In this document: in pieces, positions 1-8,548 of the stretch | Layout of the letters: each line of letters begins with the position of its first letter | How positions within the stretch are numbered: the stretch's first letter is position 1 | From: Flavobacteriales bacterium | GTDB taxonomy: Bacteria > Bacteroidota > Bacteroidia > Flavobacteriales_F > PHOS-HE28 | Assembly (NCBI GenBank): GCA_016717225.1 | Contig: JADKGB010000003.1 | Coordinates: 142,113 to 206,112, forward strand | Reading direction: 5' to 3' | Length of the DNA: 64,000 bases | Position numbers and translations under genes: made by a program | The notes under the pieces: generated by a model | What the model was told of the DNA's origin: nothing | The model's database searches: none | What the model saw: only the letters and a program-made list of their open reading frames with translations

Positions 1-258
1 AAGCACCAGAATGGCCCAAGTCGCGAGCTTCATTCGCCCTCCAACGAGGACGGCAAAACCAAGCACCACTTCCGCCAAGCAAGCGAGGATGGCCAACACG
101 AGCGACCACGGTTCCAAAAAGGTGAGGTTCAGCGCACTTTCGGCGAAGTACTCCTCGAGCTTGTAGCTGAAGCCAAGCGGATCATTGGCTTTGACCAGAC
201 CGCTAACGATGAAGGTGCCTCCTACGAGGATCCGGCAGAAAAAGAGGAAATACTTCAT
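1..258 (-). CDS. DoxX-family membrane protein, N-terminal part only; the gene runs off the left edge of the window
   Basis: The reverse strand from an ATG at 258..256 translates to MKYFLFFCRILVGGTFIVSGLVKANDPLGFSYKLEEYFAESALNLTFLEPWSLVLAILACLAEVVLGF. This hydrophobic DoxX-like N-terminus is open to the window edge and absent from the ORF track because no stop falls inside the window. Confidence 0.5.
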   Translation of the reverse strand, partial: MKYFLFFCRILVGGTFIVSGLVKANDPLGFSYKLEEYFAESALNLTFLEPWSLVLAILACLAEVVLGFAVLVGGRMKLATWAILVL

Positions 259-276
259 ATGATCATATAGTCAGGT

Positions 277-322
277 GAACATGAGAACATGTGGTCATGT
301 GGACATGTGGGCATGTGGACAT
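277..322. repeat. 8-bp tandem microsatellite (CATGTGGN) x about 4.4, preceded by a GAACATGA/GAACATGT half-repeat
   Basis: Read directly: gaacatgagaacatgtggtcatgtggacatgtgggcatgtggacat. It lies 30–65 bp upstream of the DoxX-like start at 258. Confidence 0.7.
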
Positions 323-384
323 TGACAGAACACGACGGCGAAAATAGGCCCAGCCGTTATCGTGCGTGAACGATCAACGATCCG

Positions 385-960
385 TTAACGAGCCGAACCG
401 GAATGCTTTCTGCTAACCGATCCTTCTGACCTGATGCTCGAAGTCGCATCGGCCACTGCCGTCATGCGCCGCTGGTACTCGCTCATGATGCTCTGCACTT
501 CGTTACGGATGCGCAGGTCGTAATCGGTATCCCACGAAATGAATCCAGTGGCAGGCTCGAAGCGTGCCTGGCCCATTGGCAGATCGAAGAAGGAAAGATC
601 CATATCGCTGATGCGTTGGAACAGGGTCATTTCCACAAAGAGGTCCTTCACCTTGTTCTCCCCTTCCCAAGCCAAGCCGTGCGTGTCGATGGTGAAACAC
701 TTGGTCTGGCATCCCGGAGCGCTGAAACGCAGGACATAGAGCGCATTGTTGCCCAACGTATACGCGTACTGACCAAGTAGACCCGTTTGCTCAGCATGTT
801 CTTTCACACCATCCTTGTACACGCGAACCAGCCCGTTGGTCACCAGCTCCCCGGTGAGGTAGTCGGTGACAACTCCATGTACCTTCAGGTTGAACGCTTC
901 CGCCGAAGTGGAGGCAAGCATGGCGATCCCTAAGGTGGAACTGAGAACCAAGTTGCGCAT
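385..960 (-). CDS. Hypothetical secreted protein (signal peptide, CarboxypepD_reg-like N-terminal fold); paralogue of the gene at 3362..3963
   Basis: ATG at 960..958 gives MRNLVLSSTLGIAMLASTSAEA, a signal peptide. Motifs are shared with the 3362..3963 protein: KV.G.VTD..TG.PV.G.LVR, EMTLF, SWD..Y. Confidence 0.6.
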   Translation of the reverse strand: MRNLVLSSTLGIAMLASTSAEAFNLKVHGVVTDYLTGELVTNGLVRVYKDGVKEHAEQTGLLGQYAYTLGNNALYVLRFSAPGCQTKCFTIDTHGLAWEGENKVKDLFVEMTLFQRISDMDLSFFDLPMGQARFEPATGFISWDTDYDLRIRNEVQSIMSEYQRRMTAVADATSSIRSEGSVSRKHSGSAR

Positions 961-1161
961 GTGCTGTTCAGTTGATCCGGAAAAAGTGCCGTTGAGCGAG
1001 GCGCGAAATAAACCGCTCCTATTGAGCGATCCAAGGCCAAATCGTCGTGTTTCCGGGGATCGATCAACAGTCGATTGTTCATCAACGGCACCCCGCATAG
1101 GCAACCGTAGGGCAGTAATCGGATGGATTTACCATCTTTCGCACAATTACACGTCCCCACC

Positions 1162-1698
1162 ATGATGCGCAACACCTTGAACGCTGCGGCTTTGTTCACT
1201 TCCGGGCTGCTTTGCGCCCAGTATACCGCCACGGTGAAGACCACCGTTACCGAAGTGGAGTCTTCGGCCTGGCGCAAGTGGAGTGATGCCAACTGCTCGG
1301 TCAATTACCCATCGGGCTGGACAAGTGAAGGTTCCGGGATCAACGACCGCGCGGCTTCTTTTCAGGCACCTTTGGACGGAACCGATCGCACGCGAGACCG
1401 AGTTGACCTGCATGTGAAGCCAACAGGTGGCCGAACGATCAATGAGATCGCCAAAGACGCAGAAGCCGAGATCACCTCAACCTTGACCAATGCCAAAGTG
1501 ATCGGCAGTAACACGACCGGCGACATACATGCGCTCGAATACTCAGGCGAATTGAACGGTCGCTTGCTTCGTGTCAAGCAGGAATCACATGTGAAGAACG
1601 GCCGCACATGGATCCTTTCCTTCACCTCGGATCCGGAACGCTTTGATGATGCTCTGTACTTGGCCGATGCCATGTTCGCATCGTTCATGGTGAAGTAG
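1162..1698 (+). CDS. Hypothetical secreted protein, possibly a lipoprotein
   Basis: ATG at 1162 gives MMRNTLNAAALFTSGLLCAQ (signal peptide with Cys). I recognise no conserved catalytic motif. Confidence 0.55.
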   Translation: MMRNTLNAAALFTSGLLCAQYTATVKTTVTEVESSAWRKWSDANCSVNYPSGWTSEGSGINDRAASFQAPLDGTDRTRDRVDLHVKPTGGRTINEIAKDAEAEITSTLTNAKVIGSNTTGDIHALEYSGELNGRLLRVKQESHVKNGRTWILSFTSDPERFDDALYLADAMFASFMVK

Positions 1699-1718
1699 GA
1701 TCGGATCACCGTCACTTT

Positions 1719-2258
1719 TCACTCATCCTCCAACCGGATCATCGCGAAAACCCCGTAGTTCACGATATCCGCCCAGTTGGCATCGATGCCTTCGCTCACA
1801 AGCGTGCGGCCTTGTTGGTCTTCGATACTCTTGATCCGCAAGAGCTTCATCAGGATCAGATCCACGAGGGAACTCACCCGCATACTGCGCCAAGCTTCGC
1901 CATAGTCGTGGTTCTTGCGGCGCATGAGTTCACGGGCATGCTTGAGTTCCGTCTCCAACGCTCGTTTTGCCTCCGTTGTAGAAAGGTCCGGCTGATCCAC
2001 CACGCCGAGTTTCAATTGGACCAGCGCCATGCCGGCGTAGTTGATGATACCGATCAACTCTGGCCGTATCCCCTCGTCCACCTTGCTCTCGCCCAACTGT
2101 TGCAACGTGCGTATCCGTTGGGCTTTGATGAAGACCTGATCGGTAAGTGAACTCACCCGCAATATGCGCCAAGCCGTGCCGTAATCGCTCGCCTTCTGCT
2201 CGAACAGTGTTATGCACTCCGCGATCACAGCGTCGTATTGCTGAAGTGTTCTTTCCAT
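1719..2258 (-). CDS. DUF1599 domain-containing protein
   Basis: The MERTLQQYDAVIAE..WRILRVSSLTDQ..KAQRIR pattern is duplicated (two DUF1599 half-domains). Its position beside folP is typical in Bacteroidota. Confidence 0.7.
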   Translation of the reverse strand: MERTLQQYDAVIAECITLFEQKASDYGTAWRILRVSSLTDQVFIKAQRIRTLQQLGESKVDEGIRPELIGIINYAGMALVQLKLGVVDQPDLSTTEAKRALETELKHARELMRRKNHDYGEAWRSMRVSSLVDLILMKLLRIKSIEDQQGRTLVSEGIDANWADIVNYGVFAMIRLEDE

Positions 2259-2359
2259 TGTGGAGGGCGAAAGTAGCGCGATGGTTGTACCCGCCCGTAA
2301 GCGTTGCCAATGGCGATCATGCGGATCACGTTCTTTGCACTCGTCCTTCCATCGAAGAA

Positions 2360-3202
2360 ATGAAGAGCAGAACCGACATCTCCTGGCGTTTGAAGGACCG
2401 AATTTTTCAACCCCACTTCCCCTTGGTGATGGGGATAATCAACGCAACAACCGATTCGTTCTTCCTCGGCAGCCGCGTATCAAGTACAGAGGATGCATTA
2501 CGTTCAGCGGAAAGGATGCTCTTGGACGGCGCGGGTATCCTGGATGTTGGTGGCCAAAGTTCTCGACCCGGCAGTGCAGAAGGCGATGAAGAAGGCGAGT
2601 TGAAACGTGTTGTCCCGATGATCAGTGCGATACATCAGCGATTTCCAGATGCGCTGATCAGCGTGGATACGTGGCGGGCACGTGTAGCCGAAGAAGCGGT
2701 GGGGGCTGGCGCGAGCATGGTGAACGATATCGGTGCGGGGCTACTGGACACGCGGATGTTGTCCACCGTGGCCAGGTCGGGAGTGCCGTATATCGCCATG
2801 CATATGCAAGGTGTCCCGCTTGAAATGCAAGAGGCTCCGCAGTACACGGACGTCGTGAATGAAGTCACCAATTTCTTGAGCGACCGTATCCATGCGGCCC
2901 ACGAGGCAGGTATCGCCGATGTGCTGATAGACCCCGGTTTCGGTTTCGGGAAGACCACTGCTCACAACTACACTTTACTGGGCCAGTTGGGTCGTTTGGT
3001 GAATTTGGGCTACCCAGTGGTTGTTGGATTTTCGAGGAAACGAATGATCAACGAGGTCTTGGGTACCACTCCAGCAGAGGCCCTGAACGGAACAACCGTT
3101 TTGGGTACGATCGCCCTTCTCAAAGGAGCGGCTATCCTTCGCGTACACGACGTGAAAGAGGCCGCGCAATGCGTGAAATTGCTGCAGGCGTTGCCCTCAT
3201 GA
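2360..3202 (+). CDS. folP: Dihydropteroate synthase
   Basis: Contains GIINATTDSFFLGS, DVGGQSSRPG and VNDIGAG, with a C-terminal GFSRKRMI. The ATG at 2360 gives the typical length of about 280 aa; the ORF-track start at 2147 is an upstream extension. Confidence 0.85.
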   Translation: MKSRTDISWRLKDRIFQPHFPLVMGIINATTDSFFLGSRVSSTEDALRSAERMLLDGAGILDVGGQSSRPGSAEGDEEGELKRVVPMISAIHQRFPDALISVDTWRARVAEEAVGAGASMVNDIGAGLLDTRMLSTVARSGVPYIAMHMQGVPLEMQEAPQYTDVVNEVTNFLSDRIHAAHEAGIADVLIDPGFGFGKTTAHNYTLLGQLGRLVNLGYPVVVGFSRKRMINEVLGTTPAEALNGTTVLGTIALLKGAAILRVHDVKEAAQCVKLLQALPS

Positions 3203-3208
3203 ACACGC

Positions 3209-3231
3209 ACTGGTTCGAATGGACCAGATGC
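3209..3231. terminator. Stem-loop immediately after the folP stop
   Basis: cactggt-tcgaatg-gaccag forms a 6–7-bp stem directly after the TGA at 3200..3202. Confidence 0.3.
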
Positions 3232-3361
3232 ACGGTGTCGCCCTACTGCGTCCAAGACGTATTAATGTCCCTGTGGACCAAGGCGGACAGGCTGTACGAC
3301 GAGGCGATCAGATAACGCGTTCGACACCCGCCACTTGGACATCGACCATACCCGCACTCGA

Positions 3362-3963
3362 TCAATCAAGCCGCACTGGGGCCACTGTATCGGTCCGCGT
3401 AGGAGCAGTTTTATCCGACGGTGCGATCTTCTTGCCCTTTTTTCGCTTGTAATAGCCCTTCCACGTCTTTTCGTATTCGTCCATCGTTCGCGAAAGCGTT
3501 GGCCGCATGCGTTCGGTGTATTCGATATCCCAGCTCATATTGCGCACACTAGCCTTGAATCCTGCTTCGCCCAGAGGCTGTTCGAAGATGGAGAAGTCGA
3601 ACTCTCCGATCCATGGAAAAAGGGTCATCTGCACGTCCATTTCATAGAACGGCACATCCGGGTAAGACGGAATTTCTTCCGTGTCGATGTTGATGTGCTT
3701 GGTGACCAGTCCCTGTTTGCTGAAGAAAACCACATAGCGCCAGCCTCTGTCGAGCGTGAATTCATACCCCCCATCCCCACGAGTAGTGGTCTCCGCTTCC
3801 GACTTTCCGGCTTTCAGCAATCGAACGAGCACGCCCTTCACAGGATCGCCGGTGAAATGATCGGTGACCTTTCCACTCACCTTCACATAGAAACGCTGCG
3901 CTTCCACCGGGGAAGCGAAGCACAAGGCAGTGGCAAGCAGGCAGGTAGTAAGGAACTTCACTT
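3362..3963 (-). CDS. Hypothetical secreted protein; paralogue of the gene at 385..960
   Basis: Signal peptide (V/M)KFLTTCLLATALCFASPVEAQ with a probable GTG start at 3963. Blocks shared with 385..960: KVSGKVTD.FTGDPVKGVLVRL, MDVQMTLFP, MSWDIEY. Confidence 0.6.
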
Positions 3964-4200
3964 TGATGACAATTGACGGGCGAGCCAGACTACCAGAACC
4001 GAGCCAGCGAATGCGCACACGATCCGACCTACCAACCCTACCGTTTTCAATCCTACAAGGTCGAAGACGATCTCTCCAACGAAGCCACCAAGTATACCCA
4101 GAAGAACGTTCATCAATGGGCCATAACCTTCGCCCTTCATCACCTTACCGGCCAACCAGCCCGCCACACCGCCCACAAGGATCGTTGTTATAACTCCCAT
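3958..4200 (-). CDS. GlsB/YeaQ/YmgE-family stress-response membrane protein (transglycosylase-associated)
   Basis: 80 aa: MGVITTILVGGVAGWLAGKVMKG..GPLMNVLLGILGGFVG, a glycine-zipper two-TM signature. Confidence 0.8.
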   Translation of the reverse strand: MGVITTILVGGVAGWLAGKVMKGEGYGPLMNVLLGILGGFVGEIVFDLVGLKTVGLVGRIVCAFAGSVLVVWLARQLSSK

Positions 4201-4378
4201 AGCGCAAAATTATCGGGGCTGATCTACGCATTGATCGGATCACCCCTGTGTTACCAACGATCCATGTGGATCAACGTTGTGGCCAATATCCAAGGCGCGT
4301 TTCGAATGATCGCCCCCCTCAACATTGACCTGCAGTTCATATTGAGGAACGACAAGCAAATACATTCGCGGCCTCGTA

Positions 4379-5440
4379 ATGGCCACCACCCTCTCCAAGT
4401 TCCAACGTCGCGCTCAGCGGACCTTGAGCATTGCCTTCGCTTGGTTATTGGCCGGAGCGGCAACGGCCTTCTTTCATTGGGTGGTAGCCCGTTCGCTTGG
4501 GGATCATAGTTCTTTGCAGTCGTTCGTATCCTTCCATGGATGGCGCTCGCTGCTATGGGGACTGCTGGGTGGTGGTGTGTACATTTTCTTCCTGCGTGAC
4601 CGACTAAGGTCGCTGCCATTTTCCAAGGCTTTCTTGATCATGTCCTTGTTGGTTCTCGCAACAGTGCTGGTGTATCACCTTCTGATCCCGAACCTTGTGG
4701 GAGAAGCAACGAATGCTTGGTCAACCGCCCTTCGGGAACCGTGGATGTGGGCCGATTTTATTTATCGGGATGTTCTCATGGGTGCCACGATGATCATGGT
4801 CAGGTTGAACGACCAGTTCGCAACCGGCTCTTCAGGATTCCTGCTCGGCCGGTATGCAAAGCCCCGCCAGGAGTTGCGGATCTTCATGTTCCTCGATATG
4901 CGCAGCAGCACATCCATCGCTGAGCAGATCGGTGATACACGTTATTTCCAATTGCTCAACGAACTCTTCACCGATATCACCGACCCTGTGATCTATAGTG
5001 AAGGTGAGATCTACCAATACGTGGGGGACGAGATCAGCGTGAGTTGGGATCTGCGCAAAGGCATCAAAGGCCAGCGCTGCCTGCGTTGTTTTTTCGCCAT
5101 TCGCGAAAAGTTGGCCAAGCGAGCCGCACACTACAACAAACGCTATGGCATAGTACCGGTTTTCAAGGCCGGACTCCATTACGGACAAGTAACAACCGGC
5201 GAGATCGGCTTGATAAAGAAGCAGACCATTTTCAGCGGAGACGCCGTGAATACGGCCGCTCACATTCAATCTTCCTGCAATGAACTCGGGGTCGACCTGC
5301 TTTTGAGCAAGGACCTCCTCGACGTGTTAGCCCTTGCGCCGGATAAATGGACCTCCCGTTCCATGGGTGAAGTGCACTTGAAGGGCAAGCGGAGGAACGT
5401 CCTGCTGTTCACGGTTGAACCAATGGGTTCGAAAGTGTGA
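4379..5440 (+). CDS. Membrane-anchored class III adenylate/guanylate cyclase (CYCc domain)
   Basis: Four to five hydrophobic N-terminal segments, then FMFLDMRSSTSIAE..YVGDEISVSW..GLHYGQVTTGEIG..FSGDAVNTAAHIQ, the metal-binding Asp pair and cyclase core. The position normally held by the adenine-specifying Lys reads QYVGD. Confidence 0.8.
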   Translation: MATTLSKFQRRAQRTLSIAFAWLLAGAATAFFHWVVARSLGDHSSLQSFVSFHGWRSLLWGLLGGGVYIFFLRDRLRSLPFSKAFLIMSLLVLATVLVYHLLIPNLVGEATNAWSTALREPWMWADFIYRDVLMGATMIMVRLNDQFATGSSGFLLGRYAKPRQELRIFMFLDMRSSTSIAEQIGDTRYFQLLNELFTDITDPVIYSEGEIYQYVGDEISVSWDLRKGIKGQRCLRCFFAIREKLAKRAAHYNKRYGIVPVFKAGLHYGQVTTGEIGLIKKQTIFSGDAVNTAAHIQSSCNELGVDLLLSKDLLDVLALAPDKWTSRSMGEVHLKGKRRNVLLFTVEPMGSKV

Positions 5441-5505
5441 AGATCGCAGGTCGCAATTGGTCGAGTAATGCTTCTTACATGGTCCAAGGTTCACCGAAGC
5501 TCGAT

Positions 5506-6606
5506 TCAGTATCGCTCAAAGACCTTTCCCTTCCACCATACTTTGGTTGTGCCACTGTTGCTCTGCCACACAACGGCATCGCCATGGAGGTCAAATCGCT
5601 TGATACCGGCTTCCCTTGTTACGTTGATCCTCTGTCCTTGGTGATAGATCCGTAGCTCGCGGTTCAGATCCTGGTACGCAATGAACGCACCGCTCACCTG
5701 CCAGTTCTCGGGTACGTATCGTTCGATCACATCGGCCTTTCCTGCATTGAGTGTTTTCCATTGGCCATCTTCCACCCACGTGATCACACTATCCTGAACG
5801 TCATATCTGGTGGGTGCATCCGATGATAACGTGATCACGTTGCGGCCATCGTAGCAACGGAATTTTCCTGTACCGCTCACATACCCCACGATACCTGCAC
5901 CGGCACTGAAATTCACTGGACGCAGGTCTTCAAGATCCACGCGATCACCCCTGTTGAAAACGCGGAAAACGTTGTCCTCGTCATCCATGAATGCAGCCAT
6001 ATCGGCGCTTGCAACAACCCATGCGTAATCGGCGCCATAACACAGATCGATCATCTCTCCGCGATAGAAGAGAATGATCTTGTGCCGGGCGCGATCGTAG
6101 AACACCATCGTATTGGGACCAGCCTTCCACTGTGGAGCGTCATCGACCAGCAAGAGGTCCGCGATCGGAAATGAGCGCCCGCGCCAATACACATTGAGGG
6201 TGCGGTCGATCTCGTTGTGGAAAACAACCATGCTGTCTTGTACCGAAAAAGCTCCCACGTCCTCGCAGATCGTTTCTGGGCGTCCATCACGGACAACCCA
6301 TAAGGCTTCACCCTGCTTCCACGCGAATTGACCGCGCGAGGTTTGGATCTCAGATGGCTCACCACGCTGGATCGCCAGCGCATGCCCATCCATAAAGGCC
6401 CGTAGATCCCCTTCTTGCGACACATAGAACAACCGATCACCGTTCGGGTACACCGACTTGGGTGCCCGCGTTTCCAATTCTTCGAAAGTGCCTTCGTGGA
6501 ATACACCGAAACGTCCCGCTTGTGTTGTATACGGAACCATTGATTGAGCGCTCGTACCCAACGCCATGAACAACGTACCGATCAGAAACAAGCTTCGACG
6601 TGGCAT
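5506..6606 (-). CDS. Hypothetical secreted protein, internally repetitive and probably beta-rich
   Basis: Signal peptide MPRRSLFLIGTLFMALGTSAQS. Recurrent VxW / RxG / YD motifs. Sits 32 nt downstream of the second cyclase on the same strand. Confidence 0.55.
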   Translation of the reverse strand: MPRRSLFLIGTLFMALGTSAQSMVPYTTQAGRFGVFHEGTFEELETRAPKSVYPNGDRLFYVSQEGDLRAFMDGHALAIQRGEPSEIQTSRGQFAWKQGEALWVVRDGRPETICEDVGAFSVQDSMVVFHNEIDRTLNVYWRGRSFPIADLLLVDDAPQWKAGPNTMVFYDRARHKIILFYRGEMIDLCYGADYAWVVASADMAAFMDDEDNVFRVFNRGDRVDLEDLRPVNFSAGAGIVGYVSGTGKFRCYDGRNVITLSSDAPTRYDVQDSVITWVEDGQWKTLNAGKADVIERYVPENWQVSGAFIAYQDLNRELRIYHQGQRINVTREAGIKRFDLHGDAVVWQSNSGTTKVWWKGKVFERY

Positions 6607-6637
6607 GGGCGAAAAATAGGCGAGCGATCGAACACAC

Positions 6638-7708
6638 CTACACTGTCTCCACTATTCGGGCAACCACATGGGTACTTACCGCGCGCTTTCGTCCTTTTAC
6701 TGGTACGACGTGCTCTTCTCCAAAATGGAAACGCTCGGTGGCCATAGGCATTCGTGCGAGCAGTTCGGTGCTGATCAGCAGATCGGCTTTGAGGTCTTTG
6801 CATAACCCAAGCATGCGGCTCATGGTATTCATCACGTCACCGCTGAAGTCGATCGCCCGTTTGATGTGGCCGATCTGCGCAGTGATGACGCGCCCACCAT
6901 GGAGCGAGCCACGGAAGATCGGAACAACACCGAATTCACGGATCATCTCTTGCTTGTTGGCCTCTATCCGTGACATGATGTCGAAATACAGATCAAGACA
7001 ATTCTCGTTACGAATGCCACCGCGCATCGTCCATGTGAAGATCACCTCATCACCCACGTATTTGTGTATCTCGGCCTCGTTGCGCAGGACCGCATCCGTC
7101 ATCAGGGAATGGGTGGTGTTGAGGAAGCGGAAGTAGAGCAGATCCCCAAGTTTCTCATTGAGCGCAGTGCTGGCGACCAGATCAATGCTCAACATGATGC
7201 GTTCCTCGGCAACAGGCTTTTCATATCGCCCCAAGAGAAAACCGAAGAACATTCGTCGGCCCATCAACTCTTCAACCTGCACAATGAGCAACGCAATGGA
7301 ACTGACCACCATAACGCGAAGGACCATCTGGTAAAGCTGCGGCATCAACATCATTTGCGCAGCGCTGAACGGGGCGTTCTGAGCGAATGGTAATTGCTGT
7401 TCCCGATCGAACAAAAAGGCCAACATGATAAAGACCGTAGTGAGTGCGTTCACGGCCAGCACTTTTCCAAAAAACTGTAGCGGAACAGCAAGCGAACGGA
7501 AGCGCCGACCAAACAGGAATTCCTCCAATACGCCGGTCCAAATACCCAGTAAAAACCACGCCCCTGTGTATGTTAGAACCTGCTCCCCGCTGAAAACCGT
7601 CAATACCCATGCTACTCCCAACGTAACAATCCCATACTTGAGCAGCTTGCGCAGCTTGTACCGTGTTATGGCAGTGATGGGAAGCATGAGAAGTAATGGT
7701 ACGCGCAT
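6638..7708 (-). CDS. Membrane-anchored class III adenylate/guanylate cyclase; paralogue of 4379..5440
   Basis: N-terminal TM segments, then MLSIDLVASTALNE..KYVGDEVIFTW..SLHGGRVITAQIG..FSGDVMNTMSRM. The canonical Lys before VGD is present. Confidence 0.8.
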   Translation of the reverse strand: MRVPLLLMLPITAITRYKLRKLLKYGIVTLGVAWVLTVFSGEQVLTYTGAWFLLGIWTGVLEEFLFGRRFRSLAVPLQFFGKVLAVNALTTVFIMLAFLFDREQQLPFAQNAPFSAAQMMLMPQLYQMVLRVMVVSSIALLIVQVEELMGRRMFFGFLLGRYEKPVAEERIMLSIDLVASTALNEKLGDLLYFRFLNTTHSLMTDAVLRNEAEIHKYVGDEVIFTWTMRGGIRNENCLDLYFDIMSRIEANKQEMIREFGVVPIFRGSLHGGRVITAQIGHIKRAIDFSGDVMNTMSRMLGLCKDLKADLLISTELLARMPMATERFHFGEEHVVPVKGRKRAVSTHVVARIVETV

Positions 7709-7815
7709 ATGCTTTGACAGCTTTGGCGAATGATGGAAATTGTGCTTATTTCTTGCTCGGTCAAGTAAAAGGGGCGCGAAAGTAGCGGCAAGGGCTGGAG
7801 CAGCATCTTTGACGC

Positions 7816-8472
7816 GTGCTCTCCTTCGTTTTACGTGTACTGAGTTTGATCTGGCCGATCCGTGTGCGGCGGTTCAATAGCACCCATTATCAACTGGATG
7901 TCACATGGGAATATGGAAGCCTGGTGGTGAACAGCCCAAACGCCAACCAGAGCTTCGGCAGCCTTCACAGGGTTTGGCGCCAATGTTTGCGGGATCTGGA
8001 TCTGAAAAAAAGCCAGCCTAAAGAGGTTCTGATTCTGGGTTTCGGAGCTGGGAGCGCGGCACACATCCTGCAGAAGGAATTTCGCTTGAAGTGCGGAATT
8101 ACCGGGGTTGACCATGACCCTGTGATGCTGCGGATCGCCAGAGAATATTTCGGGTGGTCAACCTGCGCCGACCTTGTCTTGCACGAGGCAGATGCTTTCC
8201 AATGGGTGCGGGAACAAACCCGTTTGTTCGATCTGATCGTGGTGGACCTTTTCCATGACCTCGACTTTTCTGAAGGCCTTTTGAACCTCGATTTTTTACG
8301 GAATTTGAAACGGATCGCAGCACCAGGGTCCACTATTCTTATCAATACCGTGGCTTATGATCCACGTTCTGCTGCCCGCAGCGCACGTTTGGGCCAGCAA
8401 ATACGTCTTGTTTTCAGCACAGTGAACGAGCAGCAATATGAGGGGACCAATCAGGTGTTCATCGCCTTGTGA
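7816..8472 (+). CDS. Spermidine-synthase-like class I SAM methyltransferase-fold protein
   Basis: Contains VLILGFGAGSAAH (Gly-rich SAM loop), DLIVVDLF and GSLVVNSPN. Resembles the C-terminal polyamine aminopropyltransferase-like domain of the fused MFS/spermidine-synthase proteins. The start is a GTG. Confidence 0.5.
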   Translation: MLSFVLRVLSLIWPIRVRRFNSTHYQLDVTWEYGSLVVNSPNANQSFGSLHRVWRQCLRDLDLKKSQPKEVLILGFGAGSAAHILQKEFRLKCGITGVDHDPVMLRIAREYFGWSTCADLVLHEADAFQWVREQTRLFDLIVVDLFHDLDFSEGLLNLDFLRNLKRIAAPGSTILINTVAYDPRSAARSARLGQQIRLVFSTVNEQQYEGTNQVFIAL

Positions 8473-8548
8473 ACAGGAATTGTCGGGAGCCTGCCATTCG
8501 ATGGGCCGAATGGTGCGAAATTTGTATCTCCAAGCCTACCGATAAGTT

